Translations under genes and position numbers: made by a program
Notes under the pieces: generated by a model
What the model saw: only the letters and a program-made list of their open reading frames with translations
The model's database searches: none
Told to the model about the DNA's origin: nothing
Shown: one piece after another, positions 1-9,943 of the stretch
Numbering within the stretch: position 1 is the stretch's first letter
Layout: each line of letters opens with the position of its first letter
DNA from: Promethearchaeota archaeon
GTDB lineage: Archaea; Asgardarchaeota; Lokiarchaeia; Sigyniarchaeales; SOKP01
Length of the DNA: 64,000 nucleotides
Reading direction: 5' to 3'
NCBI GenBank assembly: GCA_019058365.1
Contig: JAHPZE010000019.1
Span: 1-64,000, forward strand

Positions 1-117
1 CAAAACCCACAAGCTATAAATATTTTTGTCGATGAAGGGAAATTAAAAATTATCTTCTTCACTAAAAGAATAATAAATATATTAGATAAGTAAAAAGAAA
101 ATTAAAAATAATTAATC

Positions 118-1923
118 TCATTCTTTACGCAATTCACGTCTCAAAATCTTGCCTACGATAGATTTTGGTAGCTCAGGGACAATCTCAATCATTCTAGGAT
201 ATTTATATGGACTTATATTATTTTGACACCACTCTAGAAGATCCTCTTTAGTAATTTTTCCTTTATATTCGGGTTTGAGTGAGATAAAAGCTTTAATTTC
301 TTGTCCTGTTTCTGGATCCGGTACTCCAATGACTCCTACTTCACTTACAGCTTCATGCATATAAATCAAATCCTCAACTTCTCTTGGAAAGACAGCATGA
401 CCTTTTCTTTTAATCATATCTCTTTTTCTATCTTTGATACGCAAATACCCATCCTTATCAACACATCCAATATCTGAAGTATAATACCATTCAACACCCT
501 CAGAGTCTTTTCGTAATGCATAATCAGTGTCTTTTTTCCTTCCTAAATATCCAATCATAACTTGTGGACCTGAAAAACATATTTCTCCTATATATTGCAG
601 TTGATTTTCACCACAATTTTCGCAACTTTCATTTGGACAATGAGGTAGTAATTTTATACCAGTCTCAGCGTCTACTATTTTGAGTAATGTATCAGAAATA
701 GGAAAACCAACAGTATTTATTTTTTGAAATTCTTTTTTAAATGGATTCAAAGAAACTACTGGAGAACATTCTGACATTCCATATCCTTCGACAATACTTA
801 CACCAGTGATATTTTCAAATTCATTTTTAACTTCCTTGGGTATTGCTGATGCAGCACTTATACATGCTATTAGAGTACCTAATTTACCTTTATATTTTCT
901 TGAAGTAGGATCTTCGTTTATTTTTATATAAAGTGTAGGGACTCCAGGCATATATGTAGCTTTTTCTTTCATCATTATTTTTAATATATCCGATATTTTT
1001 TCTGGAGGTCGTGGTAATAGGATCATTTTCCAACCTTCTAAAACTGAAACAGTCATACCTATATTGCCAAAAGAATGAGCAAGTGGTACTACTAGCATCA
1101 TTCCTCCTTTACCCTTTAACTCATTCATTTCTGGTAATTGTGTTGACGCCCAGATATCTGTTTGAAGTGCATTAACTACCATTGAATAGTGAGACGTCAT
1201 TACGCCCTTTGGAACTCCTGTAGTTCCGCCCGTATATATTAAAACAGATATATCTTCTTTAAGATTTATATCTACTTTTGGAACGTTTATTGGAAGTCCA
1301 TCTTTTAAAACTTCTTGAAATTTATGGAATGTGATATGTTCTATTTTTTCTGGCCATTCTTTCATCCTCGGAACTTTTCTAAGAGCAGTTCCCAGTTTTG
1401 CTTTTAAAGGAGGTAAATATTCTGCCAATCCTGTTAAGATGATATTTTTTAATGTTGACATTTTGCTTAATTCCTTACCAAGAAGGTATTCTTCATATAA
1501 ATAATCTAAGATTATGAGTGTGTTAGCTTTTGAGTCGTTTACTTGATGGACAATCTCAACAAATCGATTTACAGGAAGTATTGGATTTGAAGTTCCCCCA
1601 ATTCGAACGACTGCCCAATGAACAATAAGATATTGGGGAATATTTGGTAAATCAATACACACAACATCTCCTTTTTTTACACCTATTTTTGACAATGCGG
1701 TCGCAAATTGATCCACGAGAGTATCTAATTCTAGATATGTCATTCGGAAACCTTCAAAATATACTGCTTCAGAATCGGGGTATTTAAGAGCAGTCCTACT
1801 TAAAAGTTCTCCTAAAGGGATAGCATTATAATCAACATGTCTAGGTGTTTCCTTTGGCCATTTTTTATTTATTCCGTAAAATTTTATTAGATCCTTTTGA
1901 TTCATTTCGACATTCATTTTCAT
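118..1923 (-). CDS. fadD: Long-chain fatty-acid--CoA ligase (AMP-binding family)
   Basis: YTGGTTGVPKG P-loop, EGYGMSE motif, TSDIG..D.DGYLRIKDRKRD, and C-terminal LPKSIVGKILRRELR. Confidence 0.9.
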   Translation of the reverse strand: MKMNVEMNQKDLIKFYGINKKWPKETPRHVDYNAIPLGELLSRTALKYPDSEAVYFEGFRMTYLELDTLVDQFATALSKIGVKKGDVVCIDLPNIPQYLIVHWAVVRIGGTSNPILPVNRFVEIVHQVNDSKANTLIILDYLYEEYLLGKELSKMSTLKNIILTGLAEYLPPLKAKLGTALRKVPRMKEWPEKIEHITFHKFQEVLKDGLPINVPKVDINLKEDISVLIYTGGTTGVPKGVMTSHYSMVVNALQTDIWASTQLPEMNELKGKGGMMLVVPLAHSFGNIGMTVSVLEGWKMILLPRPPEKISDILKIMMKEKATYMPGVPTLYIKINEDPTSRKYKGKLGTLIACISAASAIPKEVKNEFENITGVSIVEGYGMSECSPVVSLNPFKKEFQKINTVGFPISDTLLKIVDAETGIKLLPHCPNESCENCGENQLQYIGEICFSGPQVMIGYLGRKKDTDYALRKDSEGVEWYYTSDIGCVDKDGYLRIKDRKRDMIKRKGHAVFPREVEDLIYMHEAVSEVGVIGVPDPETGQEIKAFISLKPEYKGKITKEDLLEWCQNNISPYKYPRMIEIVPELPKSIVGKILRRELRKE

Positions 1924-2037
1924 ACATGTTTATTTTTTTAGAAATATGTAATATTCTTCATTTCTATAATATATAAAATTTTAAGAAAATTAGTTCAAAA
2001 AAAAAAATTGTTGTAATATTACAAAATAGATGGTTTT

Positions 2038-2475
2038 CTAAATTCGCATTTTGTATAAATTTTTATCTGGGATAAAACTCATCATAATTAAATCATCTCT
2101 TATTTCCCAACCTAAATTCCGATAAAATTCAACAACATCTTTATTATATTTTTCAATAAATAAATGTATCTTATGGACACCGATTTTACGAAATTTTTCT
2201 ATTAATTCATCCATTATCATTTTACCATATCCTTTCTTTTGATAATCTGGATCGATAGCAAGATGATGGACATAACCTCTTCTCCCATCAAACCCCCCAA
2301 TTACAACACCAATAATTCTATTATTAACTTTTCCAATTAAAAATAGATTTGGATTTCGTTGAAGCATTTTCTCAAGTTCATCTCTTGTATCCGTTGACCC
2401 AACATTGATTCCTGATCTCCTCCAGAGTTTAATAACGTTTTCATATGATTCCATAGTAAATTTTTCAATTTTCAT
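2038..2475 (-). CDS. GNAT N-acetyltransferase (YpeA-like)
   Basis: GFDGRRGYVHHLAIDPDYQKKGYG acetyl-CoA motif and N..VVEFYRNLGW. Confidence 0.88.
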   Translation of the reverse strand: MKIEKFTMESYENVIKLWRRSGINVGSTDTRDELEKMLQRNPNLFLIGKVNNRIIGVVIGGFDGRRGYVHHLAIDPDYQKKGYGKMIMDELIEKFRKIGVHKIHLFIEKYNKDVVEFYRNLGWEIRDDLIMMSFIPDKNLYKMRI

Positions 2476-2747
2476 GTGTTTTAAAATTATATGGTTAATT
2501 AACGTTATTATATCAAATTTATTGAATGATTTAAAACATTCTAATAATGGTTTTAAAAGTAATTTTGAGGAATTACCTAAAAAAAATAAAAATCAATAAT
2601 CACTAATTTTTTGAATATTCAAAGAATATACCAAATTTTAAAAAATTTGAATTAATTTGAGAAGTTAATAAGAATATATAATATGCACTACAAAGAAATA
2701 CAAAATAATTTTAAGATTTTAAGAATGTTGAAAAGTGTAAAACAGGA

Positions 2748-4352
2748 GTGATAAATAAAATGAGTAATGATAAGAATATAATTAAAGAATTAGTAAAAAT
2801 AACTGAAAAAGAATTTAATGTGAGAACTTATGCTGTAAAAAATGATTTTAATTTTTGTTATTATGTTGAAGATGATTCTGTAAAATATCTTGGTTTGGAT
2901 TTAGCAAAACTAAATCTAGACGCAAATAAATTAAAACTTGTGGAAGAATCTATTAGGAAACTACAAAATTTAAAAGGATTAAGTATAAGGTATCCTAAAA
3001 ATAATAATTTACCTGAATGGTTTAATGAATTTAACGATATGGAGAGTCTAAGCTTAGAAAATAATGATTTAGTAATAATACCCGAATGGATCAAAGAATT
3101 CAAGAAGTTAGCTTATTTAAACTTAGAATCCAATGATATTTCTATTTTACCCGAATGGTTAACTGCTTTAAATGAATTAAAAGAATTTTTAATAAGGAAT
3201 AATTTTAATCTTGAATGGAATGATAAGAATCTTAACATTCTAAAAAGTTTCTATAAAAAAAATTTAAAAATAAGCGCTCCAAGATTATTCGAATTTATGA
3301 TTCAACATGATCTTTCAAAAGATAAAACAGAAATAATTAAGGAACTCGAAAAAGAAAATTCGGAGAAAGAAAGACAACACCAATACGTTAATCCGATTAA
3401 TATGAAGATCGAGCATGGAAATGTTGTTGAATGGCGTATATCTCAATATAATATTAAATCTTTACCTGATAACTTCGGAGTATTCAAAAATATAAGATCC
3501 TTGACGATTATTAATACACCAATCGAATATTTACCCAATTCTTTTGGAGAGTTGACTAATCTTGAGTTTCTTGATTTATCTAATAATCGCCTTAAATCTC
3601 TACCAGACTCTTTTACCAATTTAACTATGATATCTAATTTAAATTTGAGCAATAATCAATTTACAGAGATTCCCACTGTTTTATGGGCTCTTAAAGAATT
3701 AACCGATTTGAATTTAAGCAATAATCCCTTAAACGACGAAGAAAAGAATATCATACAGAAAGTTCCTGATTTAATAAGAGATTACCTTAGAAAAAAAGCC
3801 ACTATAAGAATTTTTATCTCTCATGCAGTTATAGATTTTGAACCTTACCGAATAGGAGAACTTGTAAAATTTTTAGAAAACCAAAAAGAAATCTCGGAAG
3901 TTTATTTTTGTGAGGAAGATCTTGCCGGAAATATCGATGAGTGGATGCTAGAGACAGTACAAAAATGCCAATTATTACTATTTATTGCAACGAAAAAATC
4001 AGTATTTGCCTCAGTTGATTGTCAAAATGAATTACAACTTGCTAATAAGTTTTCAATACCAATTATTCCGATAAAGGGATATGATGTAGATTGGTCAGAT
4101 TTAGCAGAAAGAAATTTATCTCGTGAATTAGGACTGGAATTTGATAAAGATAACTTTGATGCATTTTGTGGAAATTTAAATGCTTATATTGAGAATTTCA
4201 AGCGTGAAATTGATTTAATGGGGAAAGAGGAACGGAGACAAGGCATTATAGATATCTATGAACGATTTCGACTTATGCTAGATGAAACCCTTAGTGATAT
4301 TAAAAGAAAAATAGACTCATTAGGGGATAGAATCACACAACTTGAAAAGTAA
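2748..4352 (+). CDS. Leucine-rich repeat protein with C-terminal TIR domain and terminal coiled coil
   Basis: Two blocks of LxxLxLxxNxLxxLP repeats; TIR box 1 IFISHA near nt 3810; S.DCQNELQLA helix with Glu at codon 4029-4031; heptad-like tail. GTG start follows AGGAG; ATG at 2760 is an alternative start. Confidence 0.88.
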   Translation: MINKMSNDKNIIKELVKITEKEFNVRTYAVKNDFNFCYYVEDDSVKYLGLDLAKLNLDANKLKLVEESIRKLQNLKGLSIRYPKNNNLPEWFNEFNDMESLSLENNDLVIIPEWIKEFKKLAYLNLESNDISILPEWLTALNELKEFLIRNNFNLEWNDKNLNILKSFYKKNLKISAPRLFEFMIQHDLSKDKTEIIKELEKENSEKERQHQYVNPINMKIEHGNVVEWRISQYNIKSLPDNFGVFKNIRSLTIINTPIEYLPNSFGELTNLEFLDLSNNRLKSLPDSFTNLTMISNLNLSNNQFTEIPTVLWALKELTDLNLSNNPLNDEEKNIIQKVPDLIRDYLRKKATIRIFISHAVIDFEPYRIGELVKFLENQKEISEVYFCEEDLAGNIDEWMLETVQKCQLLLFIATKKSVFASVDCQNELQLANKFSIPIIPIKGYDVDWSDLAERNLSRELGLEFDKDNFDAFCGNLNAYIENFKREIDLMGKEERRQGIIDIYERFRLMLDETLSDIKRKIDSLGDRITQLEK

Positions 4353-4475
4353 AACGAACTCATAAAAAAATATATTCTTTTAACTTTTCATTTTTAAAAT
4401 TATAGAAAGATTATTTATACAAGTCTCAAAAAATTAATATAAAATCTTTTTATTTATTTAAAAACAAATCTAATA

Positions 4476-7007
4476 ATGACATTCCAGAAAACATTAAAAG
4501 ATGAAGATTCAAAACCAAATGAAGGATATCATAGAGATTATATAAGTGGAGTGCTTACTAAATCAACTCCTGAAGAGATTGAAGCAGTACAGCCATTTGG
4601 AAAAAAATTAGTTAAAGATCTTGGATATTTAAAAAAGCAAATTCAAACAAGACCACAATTTTATATAAAAAAGGGTTCTCAAAAAATTGGTCCTGTCGAT
4701 ATTGCAGTATTTGAGAATGAAAAAAAACATCCTGATGATCTATATATCATCGTAGAATGTAAATCAAGTTCTAAAGAAGAAGGAAAACAGCAACTTAAGT
4801 CATATATGAATCCTTCTACCGCGGTTTTAGGCGTGTGGTTTAATGGATTAGACCATTTATATATTCAAAAAGTCATAACGAAGGGAAATAAAATCACCTA
4901 TAAAGAAATCCCTAATATCCCTAGAAAAGGACAAAGAATTGAAGATATTGGAAAATATAAAAGAAATGATTTAATCATCCCAAATAATTTAACATTGTTA
5001 TTTAAAGAAATTCGTAATCATTTAGCGGGATCTTTAACTGGTGTTACTAGAGATGAGACAATTGCTCAACAAATAATAATATTACTTTTTTGTAAGATTT
5101 ATGATGAAATTGAAACCAAAACAGACGATCAAATTTTATTTAGAGTAGGAGTAGATGAACCAGCAAATTTAGTGAGAGATCGTATAGAAAAACTATTCCT
5201 AAAAGTAAAAACTATGTATCAGGAAATATTTACAAAAGAAGATCAAATAGAACTTGATGAAAAATCTTTAATATATATTATCGGTCAACTTCAGGATTAT
5301 TGTTTAACAGAAGCAGAAAGAGATGCTATAAGAAAAGCATTTGAAGTATTTATTGGCCCCGCTTTAAGAGGAAGTGAAGGACAGTTTTTTACTCCTAGAA
5401 ATGTTATTAAGATGTGCTTTGATATTATTGATCCGAATATTGGAGATGTTATTATTGATCCTGCTTGTGGTTCTGGAGGTTTTTTAGTTATTGCTTTAAC
5501 TGAAGTTTTAAAAAAATTGGAGAAAGAGCGAGATAATAGAAAATGGAATGATTTAATATTTTATCAAGAAAGAAATAAAATTCTTCATAAATGCTTTAAA
5601 GGAATTGATAAGGATAAATTTCTAACAAAAGTCACAAAAGCTTATATGGCAATTATAGGTAATGGTAAAGAAAATATCTTTTGTGAAAATTCATTGGAAC
5701 TTCCAGAAAATTGGAAAACAAAAACCCAAATGAATATAAATTTTAATAATTTTGATGTATTACTTACTAATCCTCCATTTGGATCTAAAATAAAGATTAA
5801 AGGTGATCGGATACTATCTCAATATCATCTAGGATATAAATGGGCTGCTAAAGAAGGAATTATTTCAAAAACCAATAGTCTTAGAAATAGCCAAGCACCC
5901 CAAATCTTGTTCATCGAAAGATGCCTACAACTTTTACGAGAAAATGGAAAAATGGCAATTGTTTTACCTGAAGGACTTCTGGGTAATCCTACTCAAGAAT
6001 ATATTAGAAAATTTATTTTTGAAAATTCCAAAGTATTAGCAGTTATCGATGCTCCTGTAGAAACTTTTCTACCAAATACTAGTACAAAGACCTGCATCTT
6101 ATTCCTTCAGAAATGCGTTGTAAAGAATGAGAATTATAAAATATTTATGGCAATCGCAAAGAAATGTGGTCATGATTCAAGAGATAATATTATCTATAAA
6201 ATAAAAAAAGATGGTGAATATATTTATAATGAAGAAGGTAAGAAAATAATAGATGATGATTTTTTATTAATAAGTAAACAACATCAGCTAATTAATTACA
6301 AAAAAACAGCAAAGTTTGATAGAAAGGGTTTCTTAGTTTCACTTTCAGAGTTAAGATCTTATAGCATCATCCCAAGATTCTATAATCCAACTATAAAGGA
6401 AGATTTAGACAAACTTCATGATAAATATGATTTGATAACCATTGGCGATTTAATAAACATGAAAATTTTATCATTTCATAATGGTAAAGGAGTTGAGAAA
6501 AAATATTATGGAACTGGAGATATTCCTTATATCAGAACATCTGATATTACTAATTGGGAATTAAAAGTTGATCCTACTTACGGTATATCTGAAGAGATAT
6601 ATGAAAAGTATAAACAAGATCTAAAAATATATGACATTCTTTTTGTTATGGATGGAGGACGTTTAATAGGTAACAATTGTATATTATTCGAAGAAAGAGA
6701 TACTAAGTGTTTGATACAAACTCATTTTCAGATTTTGCGTTGTGAAAAGTGGGATATTTTAAATCCTTTTTTACTTCTATATCTTTTAAATACACCAATT
6801 ATGAAGAAACAAGTGAAAGCAAATATTGTTATTCAATCTACTCTTGCAACTATTGGGGAAAGAACAAAAGACTTATATTTGCCTATTCCTAAAGACCCTA
6901 AAATTAGAGAGAAATTAGCCAAAAAAACAAGATTAATAATTGAAGAGAGAGCAAGATTCCGAAGAGAAATTGAAGAAATATCAAAGATTTCCTTAGAAGA
7001 TAATTAA
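4476..7007 (+). CDS. Fused restriction-modification enzyme (type IIG-like): endonuclease + N6-adenine MTase + target recognition domain
   Basis: N-terminal HsdR_N-like PEE...VDIAVF...IVECK nuclease motif; GQFFTPR, DPACGSGGF (motif I) and NPPF (motif IV); C-terminal HsdS-like GDIPYIRTSDI domain. Confidence 0.88.
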   Translation: MTFQKTLKDEDSKPNEGYHRDYISGVLTKSTPEEIEAVQPFGKKLVKDLGYLKKQIQTRPQFYIKKGSQKIGPVDIAVFENEKKHPDDLYIIVECKSSSKEEGKQQLKSYMNPSTAVLGVWFNGLDHLYIQKVITKGNKITYKEIPNIPRKGQRIEDIGKYKRNDLIIPNNLTLLFKEIRNHLAGSLTGVTRDETIAQQIIILLFCKIYDEIETKTDDQILFRVGVDEPANLVRDRIEKLFLKVKTMYQEIFTKEDQIELDEKSLIYIIGQLQDYCLTEAERDAIRKAFEVFIGPALRGSEGQFFTPRNVIKMCFDIIDPNIGDVIIDPACGSGGFLVIALTEVLKKLEKERDNRKWNDLIFYQERNKILHKCFKGIDKDKFLTKVTKAYMAIIGNGKENIFCENSLELPENWKTKTQMNINFNNFDVLLTNPPFGSKIKIKGDRILSQYHLGYKWAAKEGIISKTNSLRNSQAPQILFIERCLQLLRENGKMAIVLPEGLLGNPTQEYIRKFIFENSKVLAVIDAPVETFLPNTSTKTCILFLQKCVVKNENYKIFMAIAKKCGHDSRDNIIYKIKKDGEYIYNEEGKKIIDDDFLLISKQHQLINYKKTAKFDRKGFLVSLSELRSYSIIPRFYNPTIKEDLDKLHDKYDLITIGDLINMKILSFHNGKGVEKKYYGTGDIPYIRTSDITNWELKVDPTYGISEEIYEKYKQDLKIYDILFVMDGGRLIGNNCILFEERDTKCLIQTHFQILRCEKWDILNPFLLLYLLNTPIMKKQVKANIVIQSTLATIGERTKDLYLPIPKDPKIREKLAKKTRLIIEERARFRREIEEISKISLEDN

Positions 7008-7112
7008 TAAAAGATTATTGAGAAAGATTTCTCTATAATATATGATAATAATAATTAAGAACAAATTAAATAAATAATAGTACTGATGAAAATGATTTAT
7101 TTTCTTCTTGAT

Positions 7113-8834
7113 TTATATATTATATTTACTTAACTCAAGTAAAGCTTCGTCTGATTTACGTTCTAATTCTTTTAATGCATCTTCATTCTCATCATCTAAA
7201 GCTCTTTTAATAATTGTGTTGATTTCAACTAATTCTCTTATACTTTCTGCATTATTAGTAAATAATTGAATAAATTTAGTTATCTCCATAAAACGAACAT
7301 TTCTTTTATATTTTAATTTAAGAGAATTTAGTTTCATTTTAAGTGTTTCGAATATTTTTTCGCTGTATATACCATAAAAGACAAGAATTACACTTCGATT
7401 TTTAACTAAATATTTCTTTTCTGGATTTATTTTATCAAGAACACATACATTAAATCTCACTAAATTTGGAATGGTATAGTCAATAAATAAAGCTTTAAAT
7501 TTGCTTAATGAACTATCTGAAGAGGATTTTAATATATCAATTAATTTTTGTTGTGTACTTACTTCTAGTGCACTATCAATTCTATGAAGACTTTTAGGGT
7601 AATTGAACTGATATTCATGCTTGGAAATAACTCCTAATTTAAGCCATAATTTTCTAAAAAAGTTTTCTAGTATGGGGTGTGATTGACGACCTATATAAGA
7701 TGCTCTCTCTCCTAATCTAATTCTAGGAATTTCATTTAGTAAATTTATGGCACATTCACACTCATTTGGAGTGTAGGCTTTATTTTTGTTCAAAATATTT
7801 TTAATTTCAACAATTGTTTCTCGAGAAATAAATGTCTCATATAATAAATAATCCGCAAGTAATTTTCTCCCACCAATTTCTCTACTAAGTTGTGTTAGAG
7901 TAAATAATCCTTTATTATCCCTTCCTTTATTAAATTTTCTTAATTCTGCTTGAGATTTTCTTTTAAACCTAGCTTTAGTTAAAGCATAGAGGGTAAATAT
8001 TAATCCATCGTATTGTTGTCTCATTATTTCTGCATTTTCACTACTAAAAATACCTTGTTGAACCATTTCCTGATATATAATATCAATCGCTCCTGTTTTA
8101 AACCATTCAAAAGTCTTTCTATTCTTAAATTTAAAACTTTTATAATCTAGCAATAAAATATTTGTAGTTAATGTAAAATATTTTGAATACTGTTCAGATT
8201 TTGAATTTTTGATTCTTTTCTTTATGTCACTTAGATAATTTGGATTCATACCCAAACTCTTAGATATTGATAATAGGGAATGAGGATCTCTTTTAGATTG
8301 TCCCATTTTTTCCCAAATCGTACAGTCATCTAAAAGAAAAGCAAGTTTTATGATAAAATCCATCTTTGGGTAATTTTTATTGATATAGGCATCCATAGCT
8401 AATTTAATTATTTTTTGACTTTTTAAAATTCTATCTTCATATTCCTGAAAGAATCTCATTATATTAGCTCGTATCTTTCTGAATTCAAGATCAGATAATA
8501 TAATGAGTCTATTATAATCTAAAACTATTAACCAGCTCCTTGCTTTTGATCGAGATACTCCTAAAAATTTACCTATATTATAATGTGAGATTGAGTTAGG
8601 AACTTGCTGCTGAGGATGAAAAATGTTTTTTCCTTGTATGAACGTAAATTCGTTTTGCTCTTTATGTTTAAAGTGATATTGCTCTAATACCCTTTTATTT
8701 TTATATATTTGATTTAAAATGATTTTAATTAATCTCGTAGCACTATTATCTTTTCTATTGAAGGAAAATCGTGAAGTTTCTGAATCATCGATTTTCTTTA
8801 TCAAGCCACCAAATTTCTTATATATCTCTGCCAT
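7113..8834 (-). CDS. Hypothetical basic protein, possible HTH + PD-(D/E)xK-like nuclease
   Basis: 573-aa Lys-rich ORF; HTH-like segments (SISKSLGMNPNYLS, LTQLSREIG); C-terminal HE...RID...IDYT pattern resembling restriction-endonuclease folds. Function is inferred. Confidence 0.45.
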   Translation of the reverse strand: MAEIYKKFGGLIKKIDDSETSRFSFNRKDNSATRLIKIILNQIYKNKRVLEQYHFKHKEQNEFTFIQGKNIFHPQQQVPNSISHYNIGKFLGVSRSKARSWLIVLDYNRLIILSDLEFRKIRANIMRFFQEYEDRILKSQKIIKLAMDAYINKNYPKMDFIIKLAFLLDDCTIWEKMGQSKRDPHSLLSISKSLGMNPNYLSDIKKRIKNSKSEQYSKYFTLTTNILLLDYKSFKFKNRKTFEWFKTGAIDIIYQEMVQQGIFSSENAEIMRQQYDGLIFTLYALTKARFKRKSQAELRKFNKGRDNKGLFTLTQLSREIGGRKLLADYLLYETFISRETIVEIKNILNKNKAYTPNECECAINLLNEIPRIRLGERASYIGRQSHPILENFFRKLWLKLGVISKHEYQFNYPKSLHRIDSALEVSTQQKLIDILKSSSDSSLSKFKALFIDYTIPNLVRFNVCVLDKINPEKKYLVKNRSVILVFYGIYSEKIFETLKMKLNSLKLKYKRNVRFMEITKFIQLFTNNAESIRELVEINTIIKRALDDENEDALKELERKSDEALLELSKYNI

Positions 8835-9146
8835 AATTAAACATTTAATTAGATATACTCTCTTTTTTAATTTCCAATTATTTCTTATAATAAAACAAAA
8901 TATATTTCCCCGCCATTGCTAAGAAAATAAACGCCCATTTCTATATTTAAAATTAGGGTGGGTAATTATTTTACAAATTTGCACTTTTTATTTTTTCAAT
9001 TATTATTATGTGTTTCCAAGTGTTTCCTAATCAATAATGTGTTATAAATGTCTATTTTGATAAACATATATTTCATACTCAAGAGTGTATTGGTGAAATT
9101 ATTATTAATTGGATTGTTTTTTATTAATTGAAAATTAAAGTTAATT

Positions 9147-9923
9147 ATGTCTTCGAATAGTATACAATTTGGAGAATATATTGATTTCACAGTAAAAAAA
9201 CGATTTGGAATCATAACACTTAATAGACTTCACAGATCAAATGCTTTTGACATTAGCCAATTTGAAAATTTAAAAAAAGCAGTGGAATATTGTCAGAAGA
9301 ATAAGGAAATTAGGGGATTGATCCTAACAAATAATGGAGTTTCTTTCAGTACGGGTGTAGATTTAGGAGCGATTAATGGAAGCGATCATAAAGCTGTAAA
9401 ATATTTGGAAGGGACTGCAGCAGCTATTTGTAAATTATTATATTATGGAAAACCAGCAATTTCTGCTATTAACGGAAGAAATATGGGAGAGGGTGTTGTT
9501 TTTTCAGTATGTTGTGATTATCGAATTGCTACAAAAGAAAGTTTTTTTCAAATGCCCGAAATCTTCTCCGGAATATTTACAGGAACCGGTTGCTTAGTAC
9601 TCTTTTCGAGAATACTTGGAGCTTCTTGGACTAAAAGAATGTGCATGTTTGCTGAGAGAATTGAGACTAAAAAAGCCCTCGATATAGGATTAATAGATAA
9701 AATTGTAAATAACAAAGAAGAACTAATTAAAGCTGCATTAGATAAAGCAAAATTTCTTTTTACTAAAAATCAAACAGTTTTAAATGCAATAAAATTATGT
9801 GCTAATCATTTAGCAGATAAATCTTATAATGACGCGTATGAGTTAGAGAAATTTGGCTCATCTTGGTACGAATTTGAAAATAAAGAACAGTATCTCAAGA
9901 ATTTTAGAAAGAAATTTGAATAA
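9147..9923 (+). CDS. Enoyl-CoA hydratase/isomerase (crotonase) family protein, paralog 1
   Basis: ITLNR..RSNA, FSTGVDL, KPAISAING, CDYRIA, MPE and ALDIGLIDKIV motifs. Confidence 0.88.
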   Translation: MSSNSIQFGEYIDFTVKKRFGIITLNRLHRSNAFDISQFENLKKAVEYCQKNKEIRGLILTNNGVSFSTGVDLGAINGSDHKAVKYLEGTAAAICKLLYYGKPAISAINGRNMGEGVVFSVCCDYRIATKESFFQMPEIFSGIFTGTGCLVLFSRILGASWTKRMCMFAERIETKKALDIGLIDKIVNNKEELIKAALDKAKFLFTKNQTVLNAIKLCANHLADKSYNDAYELEKFGSSWYEFENKEQYLKNFRKKFE

Positions 9924-9943
9924 AAAGTTAAACATGAATAAAG

